Assembly (NCBI GenBank): GCA_030704615.1
Contig: CM060732.1
Coordinates: 72,044,001-72,108,000 of the forward strand
Length of the DNA: 64,000 nt
Direction: 5' to 3'
From: Takakia lepidozioides
Lineage: Eukaryota; Plantae; Bryophyta
Below, piece by piece: positions 22,649 through 34,764 of this stretch. The notes beneath the pieces were generated by a model. That model saw nothing but the letters and a program-made list of their open reading frames with translations. It was not told the origin of the DNA and did no database searches. A program made the translations under genes and the position numbers. Numbering within the stretch: position 1 is the first letter of the stretch; the number at the start of each line of letters is the position of its first letter.

Positions 22649-23071
22649 CGTCGTTTCCTCAGGCCATTGAGAAACGCCTCTCATTTTTGAATAATTGGGA
22701 GTTTATGTCGCGCGTGTGGGACAGGGCACGCACGCCCGCACGGACGAGGGGTCGCCCTCCCCCGCCCCGCCCACCCCCACCTGCCAGCCGCGCAGCGCGG
22801 TCAACAGCCCCGCAGCCGCCCGCGCCCTGCCTGCATGCCGCCCAGCCCGCCCTTGGACCGCGGCCCCCGCCCGCCTGCCCTCGCCGTTGGGTCCGCCCGC
22901 CATCGGGTCCCCAGTGGATCTGCCCGCTGCTGGCGCATGTCCTCAGGCAGACCACCCCAGACCGACACAGCAGACCAAGACCTACGTGGCGCGCATCTGC
23001 CCGTCCAAATCCGTTTTAATCCAGACCGTCCGGATTTAGGGCATGCCATGGCACTCGCCGGTCTCCTCAGA

Positions 23072-23104
<33 letters not shown>

Positions 23105-23888
23105 CTTTGTTGCCGATGTTGCTTGCTACTGTTTGTTGTTTGACTGTTTAGAACCAATAGACTCGCCGTTTGTGAAGAATCCCTTTGCATGACTCCATGA
23201 TCTCTTTGGCAACGTCGGAGTCCATCGTTTCAAGCCACAGCCTCTTTTGTTCATATGCTTCTACTATTTTTGCTTTGTTGTTCGCCTATTCGTGGGACTG
23301 TTTGAGCGCGGGGAAGTGAGTTACATTGAGTTTACAGTGCAGACTTGAATGGAAGTATTTAGGTCTTTGCTAACACGTACGACTCATTTTAGCGGATAGC
23401 AATTGAGAATCGGTCTTTCCCTTGTTACACTGTCTTGTTCGAGGCTTGTCCTCCATATAGCATGTGTGGAATGACATTGCAAAAATAGCGGAAGCATATT
23501 TGCATGGCTGGCTGTATAAAATTCCAATTTCCTCCCGAGTTCCGTCTCTTTGGATGTTGTTTGCAGGTGGACCCATCGATGCAGGACGAAATGGGCATGT
23601 GTGGCGGAATTTTTTGTGCAACGAACCAGTGGACCTTCCAAGTGTTACCATGACAGTGCGGGGATGCAGAGACCTAGCCGGGGGACCATTGAAATGGTGA
23701 AACGGGTGGGGACACACTGCAGACACAGGGCAGAGCAGATGGGCAGAGCAGGAGAAGAGAAGAGTGCACCATGCCAGTCCAGACAAGAAGACCGAACCAA
23801 CAGACCAGCCTGGAGAACTCTGGTCAGACCCCGACGGCAGACCGAGTGCAGACAATCTTTGCCGCACGAATGCGACAGACCAGTGCCA

Positions 23889-23953
23889 CAGACCCTTTTG
23901 GCAGACCCTTTTGGACGACCCTTTTGGACGACCCTTTTGGCCGACCCTTTTGG
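23889..23953 (+). repeat. 13-bp tandem repeat x5 (NNGACCCTTTTGG)
   Basis: Five contiguous units read directly from the sequence. Confidence 0.95.
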
Positions 23954-26770
23954 TGGAGACTTAGGGCAGACCATGGAAGTCCTTGGCGGCGGCCATTATT
24001 GTGCCGCCGGGACGTTTGATGTTTCGACGACAGTCCAATGGCCGACGTGCATGGCCTCGGCGGTCGCACGCGTGCTCATGTCACGCTTAGGAGTGAGCCG
24101 TTACGTTGGGGTCCCCGCCCTCGCCACAAAGCCAAGAGAAGGTACTGGTATGAGCCAAGTGAGTACGATGCTAAAATAGTAGAAGCATTTTTGGACTTGC
24201 GCGTAGCAAAGGAGAAAGAGAACTGGCCAAAGGATCGGTTTCAGTGCCCCTTTTGCCCCGATATTGTCAAGGACAAAGAGACTCTAAACCGCCATGCCCT
24301 TGATGGAGGATGCAAAGGTATGGTCCCTGAGAACTTCAAGCCTTGGCCCAAGCCAAGTTCGTCTAAGGCCGCAAAAGAAATCACTGCAAAGTGTAGGGGT
24401 GCGCATGTCGTCGCTCGGTCTGCTGAGGAAGTGCGGCAACGTTTTTACACTGAAGCCGGCCTGCTGGGCCCCGGCCTCGTTGTGCTAGTGAAGAAAAGGA
24501 AGCTCAGTGATGGAGCTAAAAAAAATGTAGACCGCAAAAGTCACAGATCTGGTAGTACCAGTACTGGCAGACCACGGGATATGAGAGTGAGTAGCAAAGA
24601 ATTGCAACCAGGTCAGTCCCAGCAGACCACCACCAGCAGACCACAGGCTGCCGTTTCAACTTTGTCATCCAGTGGATGACTCAAGTGAGGAAGACTCTCA
24701 TGAAGAGGAGGATCATGTTCAGGACATGTCGATGGAGCGGCCGCGACTACTTGTGAGACCGTACTTGGTGAACGACCCCATTGGGTACGCCCCGCCGGTA
24801 CATGACATAACCTCGGACATCCCCATGGAGGAATCACACCCTCAAACAGACCCACGAAACCCACCACATATCAGACCAAGAAACAACAGACCCTGACTGA
24901 CGGTCATGGAGATGTAACGGGCACCCCTGTCCGCCTTGGCACATTGAACCTGCTTCCCCACGGTTTTCTGCCAAACCAGTACCCAGATGAATCAGATCCG
25001 GATTTTTTTTTTTTTGTATGCTGAGATCAGGGCAGATACAGCAGACCATTGACACAGCCGAGAAGAAGTGGGTGGAGGCACAATCACACCCAAGGGATGA
25101 AGACTACAACGGCCTCCAGGTACTCGAACCACTCTTTCTATGGTCTGCCGTATTTGAGTGTTTCGATTTCCTGGTTGCAATTAGTGATATGTTATGTTGG
25201 GTGTTGTATGTGTGGTCTGCTGCTGTCGGTCTACTGTTCTGGGTCTGCTATTCTGTACATGGTACTGCATTACTTGTTCTGGCTGTGGTCTGCTCTATAG
25301 GTCCAGAACCGTGCGTCTACTTTCCCCTCTTGCAAATCATGCTATAGTGTTTTTTTTTTATTGTTATATATGTGGTCTGCTGCGAACGGTCTATTGTTTT
25401 GGGTCTGCTTTTCGCAACATCGTACTGCAGTTGCTTTGAAAGGTGCACTACTGTCGTGGTTGTGGTCTGCTGCATGGGTCCACGGTTATGGTCTACTACT
25501 ATGCTCTACTGGTCTACTGATATGGCCTACTGGTGTATGGTCTACTGGTCTACTGTCAGGCCCAATTTTGACTGGTCTACTGCTCTATGGTCTACTGGTC
25601 TACTGACTAGTCTACTGGTCTAATGTGAAGGCCAATTTTGCTGTTTGTTTTCAGGAGGCAAATGCGCAAGACAACCGAGTGTACAGGGCTTTGCAAATCT
25701 GGAAGTACAGGTTGAACGGTCCTCCCTTGGAAAATACACTTGTCCGGAATGAGGTCCATGATATTTGAGACTATATCCTGAGTCTATATCCACAGTCGGC
25801 TGATGCCATTGCATCAATTCAGGATGGTACCACTGGCCGCACAACGGGCCCCCTCCGTCTGCTGTAAAGGCTTTTGAGAGCGCCGGTCAGACTAGCAGAC
25901 CCGGCTCAGTGGACCTTTCTTCCATGACCCGTCCTCCAGCGGACCTTCGTACCTCTTCAGCAGACCCGCAACAGACCACATTGCGTGGTCGAACTGATTT
26001 CCCATTTGGCAGACCATGGCGTCCTCCACAGCGGTCTGCAACTGATGAGGAGGACCCCACTCTTCCGAAGTTTCGTTGTGGGGAAAGCAATCGGCATGTG
26101 GACTGGTACAATGAGCTTCACCGCATCGTCGCCTCCCGGTGGATCTTTGCTCCGCAACACTCCTCAATGGATTTCACGGCGGAGGAGGCCACCCGTGTTG
26201 TGGACAAAGCCCGTGAGTATGGAGTGGCGCTTCTGGCAGAGGAGACCGAGCCACCGCTTATCGCGCAACTCTTTCTCATGCACGACCCACGCCCACTGGT
26301 TATAAGGCACATGGCCATCGCCCACCCAATATTTGGTGTTCGTCCGAAGCACTTAGCGAGCTTGACAGAGACTGCTTTTGAGGAGATGGCAAATTGTTTC
26401 CTCCGCCGTCAATGGATGCAATTTGGCAATTTCAAGTCTTACACCAAATTAAAAAAAGACCTTCACAACCTGCGGATGGACCTACTGCACGGAAGCGAAG
26501 AGGCTCGGGAAAGCATGTCGGCTGATGAAAGATATTGGACTATGGACCACAGTCCTAGATCATGGTATGTCATCAGACCTAACAGACCTTGTTAACAGAC
26601 CTTTTAAACAGACCTTGTCATTGACCACGAACGCAGACCTTCTAGCAGACTTTATGAACCATGACAACCAACAGAGTTCTGAAGCAGACCACGTCAAGCA
26701 TCAAACCCCCATGTATTCTTCTGTTTGTTAGCAGACCATGGATGAGTGCTTTGTTTTTACGTGTTTGTGA
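23950..26770 (+). pseudogene. MULE-2 accessory gene (multi-exon; CxxC..H zinc-finger-like motif plus the conserved unknown domain), truncated by gag
   Basis: ORF 24038-24679 has FQCPFCPDIVKDKETLNRHALDGGC. ORF 25909-26595 (EDPTLPKFRCG...WMQFGNFKSY) is homologous to 289-801. LYPQSADAIASI near 25790 matches KYPGSAAAIDEL at the window start. Confidence 0.7.
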
Positions 26771-28646
26771 CCGTGGTTGCCCGAGTCATGTTCAATTGTC
26801 GGGGTTTCGTGCACTTCTTGGCCATGTGCCCGGGCTCTCCGCAATTGAAACACACTCCATCAAAGGTCGCCTTCTGTCCGCTATAAGCCGCTCCACCCGC
26901 TTTTCCTTTTGAAGCACCGGGTGCCGCCTTGACGTGTGAAGGCCCTCCCTTCGATTTCCACGTGCCATTGTCGCCGCGTGGCCTATCCCACTTCTTTCCG
27001 GTCGGAAGGAGTCACCTTCCCGCCGGGTCTTCTTGTGGTTCAGCTCCGTACGGCCTTGTCTTTCACCCCTAGGGACATCTGAGAAACATTCAGCCCTCTC
27101 AATTGCCTCGTTCAAAGTCTTAGGTGGCTTCTCCTCCAACTTCCGCCTGGCCCATAGGGCCAATCCCGCCACAAAGTTGAAGACCATTTCCGGTTCTGCG
27201 ATGTCCGCGATTTCGAGCAAAAGCACATTGAAAGCCTGGACATATCCCCGAATGTCGTCTGTTTGCTTCAAATTCCTCATCTTGTCCCGGGCAAGCCAGG
27301 ACGCGTTGAGGGGCACAAATTGTCTCTTCATCAATTCCTTGACCCCACTCCAGTTCAAGGTTTCCGGGCTTGGACCTCGGTCGTGAAGGCGTTTCTGCCA
27401 CCATTGTTGAGCATAGCCCCTCAAATAGGTGGGAGTCACTTCCACCCGATCCTCGTCACTCAACTTGGCCGCCCGGAAGTACTGCTCTAGCTCCAAGAGC
27501 CAGGTGTTGAGTGCCTTCCGATTTTGGACGCCCTCGAAGGTGCCGGGTTCCTTAGGCTTCACCTTAAACTTTGCCTTAGCAGAAGTGGCATTAGCCGCCT
27601 TCAACACGTCTTTCAACGTCCCGCCAAACTGCGCCAACAACCCTTCCCAAAAAGCTGCCGGCATGGGAGACATCTGTTGGTCTGTCGGAGCTCTCAGGGA
27701 TTCCTCGGGCTCCGACTCCTTGGATTCCTCCCGCTCTTGAGCGGCCTCGTTTTAAGAAACCTGCGTCGCTTCCTCAAATGGCCGTTTCGGTGACACGACG
27801 CCCCCATCGGGCTCACCAGGATCATCATCTTTTGGGCCATTCCGCTTTCGCTTTGGCTTGCCCGACCCCATGATGAGGCCAATCCCAAGGACGATCGCGC
27901 ACTGAACTCTAAGCTCTGATACCAAGTGTCGCGCACCTCACTTCGGTAAGCTCCCCTTCAAGTCATAGTTACTCGCTTTGATGTGCGCACCTGACTCCCA
28001 ACCTGGCCGTCGGGCCAACTCGGAGCTTCGGCTGCTCACCGGGACATAACGGTCCCCCTTTGCTCTCCCACTAAACCCTCCACCTATTTTGGGCCTAGTG
28101 GAATTCCCTTTGGTAGATGGCAGTCCGGAACAGCTCCCCACTCTTTGGTCGCTTTCCGGCTCGCTCGCTTACTCACTAGTTTTTGGTCACCAACGGGCTT
28201 GCACCGTTCTCGGGGTCACTACTCCCCTTATATATACTTCTGTAGCTGTCCGCGGGGGTTTCACAACCAGCCATGCCATTTTATGGCGCACCACCACGAA
28301 AACCCTCGACTCCCGGTGATGAGTCGCGGTGAGTCTTGGCCCACTCACCACGGCCCCTATGGACCGTGATGAGTCCCAAGACTCCCCACGACTCCCACCA
28401 CGAGGTCTCCGCCCCCATGGTGAGTCCTATGCCACCCCCACTAAGTCCCGCTAAGCTACCTTGTGGAGCCACCCCCACCGCAACCCGGTGTGCGGGGCTC
28501 CACCTAGTGAGCGCCTCCGCCTCCTTGAGTGCCTTGGGCACTCAAGGGTGCTTCAGCCCCCATACCTATCGCTGCCGCTGCCCCCACCACAGGGGCAGCC
28601 CCTCATGTGTCCCGACCCCCTGCCCTCAAGGCAAAGGACTGCGACA
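26771..28646 (-). mobile_element. Gypsy copy 3: 5' LTR 27927-28646, PBS 27913-27924, gag only
   Basis: LTR termini, tRNA-iMet PBS and gag ORF 26792-27673. It sits inside the RT of copy 4. Confidence 0.92.
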
Positions 28647-31090
28647 TGCCCCATGAACTCCATTTTTGTGACCCCGAATTCGCACTTTGAAGCTTTGGCA
28701 TACAACTTCCCTTCCCGCAATTTCTGGAACACCCTTTTTAGGTGCTCCAGGTGCTCTTCCTTTGTTTTCGAGTACACCAGGATGTCGTCGATGTACACGA
28801 TCACAAAGTCATCCAACCACTCCTGGAAAAGGCTGTTCATTATCGTGCTAAAGGTCGCCGGTGCGTTGGTGAGCCCAAAAGGCATCACCAAGAACTCATA
28901 TGAACCATACCTTGTCCTGCACGCGGTCTTCTCCTCGTCTCCTTTTGCCACTCGAATTTGATGGTAACCGGAGCGCATATTGATCCGGCTGAAATACTTT
29001 GCTCCTGCCAACCGATCAAAAAGGTCGTCGTTCTTTGGCAAAAGGTACCAGTTTTTGATAGTCACGTTATTTAGAGCCTTGTAATCGACACACATCCGCA
29101 ACGTCCCATCCTTCTTGTCTGCAAATAGCACCGGGGCTCCGTAAGGTGACTTACTCGGCCGGATGTACCCCTTTGACATTAGATCCTTGAGCTGAGTCTT
29201 CAGCTCGACCAACTCTCTGTGGCTCAACCGGTAGGGCGCCTTGGCAAGCGGCTCCGATCCTGGTATCACCTCAATCTTGTGGTCAACTCCTCTTCGTGGT
29301 GGCAAGCCACTTGGTAAGTCCTTCGGCATCACATCTTGGTATTTCTTCAAAATCCCCTTGATCCAATCTGGGCTCGGCTGCCTATCGCCTTCTCCCTTCA
29401 CTTGTCTTACATAAAGCAAAAACTGGGGCTCGTGTGACTCCTCCACGGCCCACTCCCTTGCTGACAGAAAGTTTATTCGCCCTCCCACGGGGTTGGGCGT
29501 TTCCGACACTCGTAAAACTTTGCCACCATTCCCACACGGTAGCGTAACTACTCTCTTGCGGCCATCTATGACCGCTCCGGATCTACTCAAAAAGGTCATC
29601 CCCAAAATGAGATCCACTCCATCGATCTCACAAATGGTGAAGTTCTCACGTCCCTCCCAACTCCCCAGTTGAAGAGGAACATCGATCGTCAACCTCGTCG
29701 CCAATTGTGGTTCTTCTTTGGCAGAACGCACCTCAATAGAGGCCCCCACATCACTTGTCGGGAGTCCCAGCTTCCGTGCCGTTGCCGGCGTCATGAAGGA
29801 GTGCGACGCTCCTGTGTCCACCAACAACGACACGTTAGTTCCGGAGATTATCCCACTCACAAACATTAACTGACTCCCCTTACGCAAGGCGCCAGTTTTC
29901 TGATACAACTCACAAGAGTAGTTGCCTACCTTGCAAGTCTTGGCGACCACTACCTCCACCAAATAACTAATGGAATCCTCGGACAACTCCGTGGTTGCCT
30001 GAGTCATGTTCAATTGTCGGGGTTTCGCGCACTTTTTTGCCATATGCCCGGGTTCCCCGCAATTAAAGCACACTCCATCGAAGGTCGCCTTCTGCCCGCC
30101 ATAAGCCGCCGCACCTGGTTTTCCTTTCGGGGCACCGGGTGTCGTCTTGACGTGTGAGGGCCCTCCCTTCGATTTCCATGTGCTATTGTCACCGCGTGGC
30201 CTATCCCACTTCTTTTCCGGTCGGAAGGAGTCACCCTCCCGCCGGGTCTTCTTGTGGTTCAGCTCCGTACGGCCTTGTCTTTCGCCCCTAGGGACATCCG
30301 AGAAGCATTCAGCCCTCTCAATTGCCTCGTTCAAAGTCTTAGGTGGCTTCTCTTCCAACTTCCGCCTGGCCCATGGGGCCAGTCCCGCCACAAAGTTGAA
30401 GACCATTTCCGGTTCTGCCATGTCCGCGACTTCAAGCAACAGCACATTGAAAGCCTGAACATATCCCCGAATGTCATCTGTTTGCTTCAAATTTCTCATC
30501 TTGTCCCGGGCGAGCCAGGACGCGTTGAGGGGCACAAACTGTCTCTTCATCAATTCCTCGAACCCACTCCAGTCCAAGATTTCCGGGTTTGGACCTCGGT
30601 CGTGAAGGCGTTTCTGCCACCATTGTTGAGCATAGCCCCTTAAATAGGTGGGAGCCACTTCCACCCAATCCTCGTCACTCAACTTGGCCGCCCGGAAGTA
30701 CTGCTCTAGCTTCAAGAGCCAGATGTGGAGTGCCTTCCGATTTTGGACGCCCTCAAAGGTGCCGGGTTCCTTAGGCTTCACCTTAAACTTTGCCTTAGTG
30801 GAAGTAGCATTAGCCGCCTTCAACACGTCTTTCAACGTCCCGCCAAACTGCGCCAACAACCCTTCCCAAAAGGCTGCTGGTATGGGGGGCATCTGTTGGT
30901 CTGTCGGAGCTCTTAGGAATTCCTCGGGCTCCGACTCCTCAGATTCCTCCCGTTCTTGAGCGGCCTCATTTTCAAAAGCAAGCATCGCTTTCTCAAATGG
31001 CCGCTTCGGTGACACGTCGCCCCCATCGGGCCCACCAGGATCATCGTCTTTTGGGTCGTTCCGCTTTCGCTTTGGTTTGCCCGACCCCAT
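28647..31090 (-). CDS. Gag-Pol polyprotein (gag, CCHC knuckle, aspartic protease, most of RT), Galadriel-like chromovirus; RNase H and integrase missing
   Basis: Single open frame with [54 protein letters not shown] and YIDDILVYS. Confidence 0.92.
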
Positions 31091-31868
31091 GATGAGGCCA
31101 ATCCCAAGGACGATCACGTACTGAACTCTAGGCTTTGATACCAAGTGTCGCGCACCTAACTTCGGTAAGCTTCCCTTCAAGTCATAGTTACTCGCTTTGA
31201 TGCGCGCGCCTAACTCCCAACTTGGCTGCCCGGGCCAACTCGGAGCTTCGGCTGCTCACCGGGACATAACGGTCCCCCTTTCTTTCCCCGACTGACCCTC
31301 CACCGATTTGGGCCTGGTGGAAATTCCCTTTGGTAGATGGCAGTCCGGAATAGCTCTCCATTCCTTGGTCGCTTTCCGGCTCCGCTTACTCACTAGTTTT
31401 TGGTCACCAACGGGCTTGCACCGTTCTCGGGGTTACTACTCCCTATATATACTTCTGTGACTGTCCGCGGGGGTTCCACAAACAACACCATCCTTTTATG
31501 GCGAACCACCACGAAGACCCTCGATTCCCGGTGATGAGTTGTGGTGAGTCTTGGCCCACCCACCACGGCCCCATTGGACCGTGATGAGTCCCAAGACTCC
31601 CCACGACTCCCACCACAAGGTCTACGCCCCATGATGAGTCTTATGCCACCCCCACTAAGTCCCACTAAGCTACCACCACCCCTTGTGGAGCCACCCCCAC
31701 CGCAACCCGGTGTGCGGGGCTCCACCTAGTGAGCGCCTCCGCCTCCTTGAGTGCCTTGGGCACTCAAGGGTGCTTCAGCCCCCCGTACCTATTGCTGCCA
31801 CCGCCCCCACCACAGGGGCAGCCCCCCTGCGTCCCGACCCCCTGCCCTCAAGGCAAAGGGCCGCGACA
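28647..31868 (-). mobile_element. Gypsy copy 4: 5' LTR 31146-31868, PBS 31132-31143, gag-PR-RT truncated by copy 3
   Basis: LTR termini and PBS; the flank at 31869 is the C-terminus of the MULE-2 transposase. Confidence 0.93.
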
Positions 31869-34764
31869 TCTCCTCTGCGATGGCCTTCATGACAGTTGCC
31901 TGCGATTCATGGCGGGGCTGCTGCTCCCCCAAGACATTGCCAGCCGGAACGGTGTCTGGTGCAGGGGGATCAATGCCACACATGGGATCTGTGTCACACG
32001 GGGGCTCCGCGGCGGACAGAGGATCAAGGTCGAGCAGCTTGGCCATGCCCCCATTGAGTTTCCCAAGACGTGTTCCACAAGTTTGGACAATTAAACCCTC
32101 TGGTACATGTGGCCGCAACATCTTGAACACCTTCACTTGGTGCTTGCATAGGTTCCCTTCCATGGCGTTAGGGCAGTCACAACAAGCCCACTCGGATGCT
32201 GGATTGCATATAGTGTATATAGTGCCTGGAGAAGACATGCTTTTTACCTTCGCAGGATCCCCCGTGTGCTCGGGCAATTCCATGTTGGATTCTGGTATTT
32301 GCCCAACCATCCACACCGCATTTTGCACGAAATGTTCCATCCTAGAGTTGCGAATGAACCCTTCAGCTTTCAAGGTCGAAATGTACCAGTAATGTGTGAG
32401 GAGGCTACTTGTTAGGATGTAGACCAACCAATCCAGTCGACGTCCGTTCATTTTCTGTCTTGTTTGGGACAAGCGCCTCTTCAGGTTCGCATGGTACGCT
32501 TCAATTCCAGCATTCGTATCTTGTCTGGCATGTGGGATATTTCGAGCTCCAACAACCCACATGTCCACTTTTGGGATCCACCATTTGTGGATATACAAGA
32601 AGAACAGTTTAGTTGCGGGATACTTTGTTTGTAACTCATACAATCTAAACACAGCCCAGGCCTACGAAGAGTCACCAATGGGACCACCTTTATTGTACAT
32701 GATGTCACCCATACCTTGCAAGACATCGGCCCTTAACTAGGCATCCTTGATCTTCTCGATGGCATTCCTCAGCCAGGCCCTTCGAACATGCCAAAGGCAC
32801 AGGAAAACCGACACCCCTGGGAACGTATGCCTGAACCATCCACAAAATGGCATTAGCAAGGCCACTACAACACCACAACAAGACCACCACAAAATCAGAT
32901 ATAAGTATGAATCTCTGATAAGTGCTCCCTGCTCATGATCCCCTGATCCCCTTTGACTGAAACCCCTCATGCAGATCCGGTGAAGGCAATGAAAGGGGAA
33001 TACATGAGCCCTCCTATGGCCAATGAAAGGCCGATAAAAATCACATTGTCGGATCAAACATGTGCTAGTCCTGATCTCCTAGTACCCTGAGTGTCCGAAG
33101 TCCCTGATCACTGATCCCATAATTGATCCCCTTTCACTGATCCCCCCATGCAACCTTGGACTCCTGGACCCTCAATCATTGTCGGATGTGAGATCTGCTG
33201 CCCCTGTCTCCTGCTACCCTCCCCTGGTCCCCTGATCCCTGATCCCATAATCGATCCCCTTTCACTGATCCCCCATGCAACCCTACACTCTTGGCCCCTC
33301 TACACGGATCCCCCGGCAGGAAACATTGTGACTGTTCCCCTCTCAGTGCTCCCCTCATGCAGAAGCAGGCAAGGCAATGGAAGTTCATTGGTAGGGGGGA
33401 GGGATTGAGAACAAACCAAATGGCGTTAATCTCAGCATCGGCATCGTCCACAATGAATGCGTTGGGACGCCAATCCGGTTGATCGGCCTGGAGCCTTTGA
33501 CGAAGAGCCAACATCCAACTTGACAAATCGTTGGCATTGTTTCTTGAGATATTATGTATGCAACAAGGATGCCGTTCAGCCAAATGTCGAAGACCATAAG
33601 AGTATACATGGCATAGTGCACACAAAGACGAAAATGTGCAATGTAAGTACTTTTGTTTTGAAAATAGGCGAAACATTTTACTGAAATTATTGACAAGAAA
33701 TCACAGGAGGTGAACCCCGAACCCTGCAACCCCTTCTGTTCTCATTTTAGTATTATGTGATCCCCCCTGTGGGCTATGCCATGATCCCCTAGAAGGAGAC
33801 CATCCCTCCATCATTCCTCTCTATAACCCCCCAAGGCATGCATTTGCTAAGCTGTCTTCCCTCCTGCCTGCGCACCCTTCACTACAAATCACACAAGTAC
33901 ACGTCATGGTCCCAAAATGGTCCCAACATATACAGAGCAGTACACATAATGGAGTTTGGCCTATGTGTCTAGTCCCCTAATGGGCTGAGGCAGCCGTGGT
34001 GTCGAATCCGATAGGGGGATTAATAGGTCACTGGTGATGACCCAATGTCGTCATCCCCTGCACATCGGATAAGGCTATGGTCCCCCTGTGCCCCTGCTCT
34101 CCACTGATCCACTGCTCCCCCTCTTGATGGACTCTCCCTGAACGACTTTCTTCCGTCTCGGCCCTTTGTGGTTGTTGTAAGAAGGCGATGAAGCATCCAA
34201 CACACACCCTCTCCTGCCGTTCCTTCTCTTCAAAGAATGTTTATTGACATGTATTACATTTGTGCGCTTGTCCTCAGGTCCATAAGAACAATGGAACTTG
34301 AACAATGATGAGAACTATGTCGGCGGAGTGGAATACTCGGAGCAAAAGAGCATAGCATTTTGACAAAATAGAAGAGCAAACAATGCAAACAAGCAGCATG
34401 CCATTACAAAGAACACATAGAGACCATCCAGAAACCACAAAGGTGAAGGCGGACTTTATCACAACAGAGCAACTATTGGCCCTTGGAGCTAAGAGCTCGC
34501 CCTCCTCATGCTTTCCATTTTTAGGCACCGTTCTGTTGAAGTGAGTGGGCGCCTCTGCCTTTTCTTCCTCCCCTCTCACAAAATCGTCGATCCTGCTCCA
34601 AGTAATGACCGCAACATCCATATATACACGATGTCCACCTCCACTTGAAATAGTTGGAGTCCATATAAGCGACATGTGGTTGAAGGAACCATCCGGGGGG
34701 ATTGCAATGTGCCACGCACCTATGATAGAAGGAATGACGTGCGCAACTCCGAAGATCCAGTCAT
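31869..34764 (-). pseudogene. Intron-containing MULE/SWIM transposase (AT1G60560/AT4G13970-like), degenerate
   Basis: ITWSRIDDFVRGEE; FHCSYGPED; YTLMVFD; PNAFIVDDADAEINAI; LCLWHVRRAWLRN (CxxH); DTNAGIEAYHANLK...RLDWLV; SWIM CDCPNAMEGNLCKH. Confidence 0.87.

Noticed and set aside
23889-23953. CRISPR-like repeat array
   Set aside because: The 13-bp units are contiguous with no spacers, no cas genes are present, and the context is eukaryotic.
28553-28646. Extended C-terminus of the 875-aa gag-pol ORF, and LTR-spanning ORFs such as 9014-9757
   Set aside because: Chance read-through across insertion junctions.
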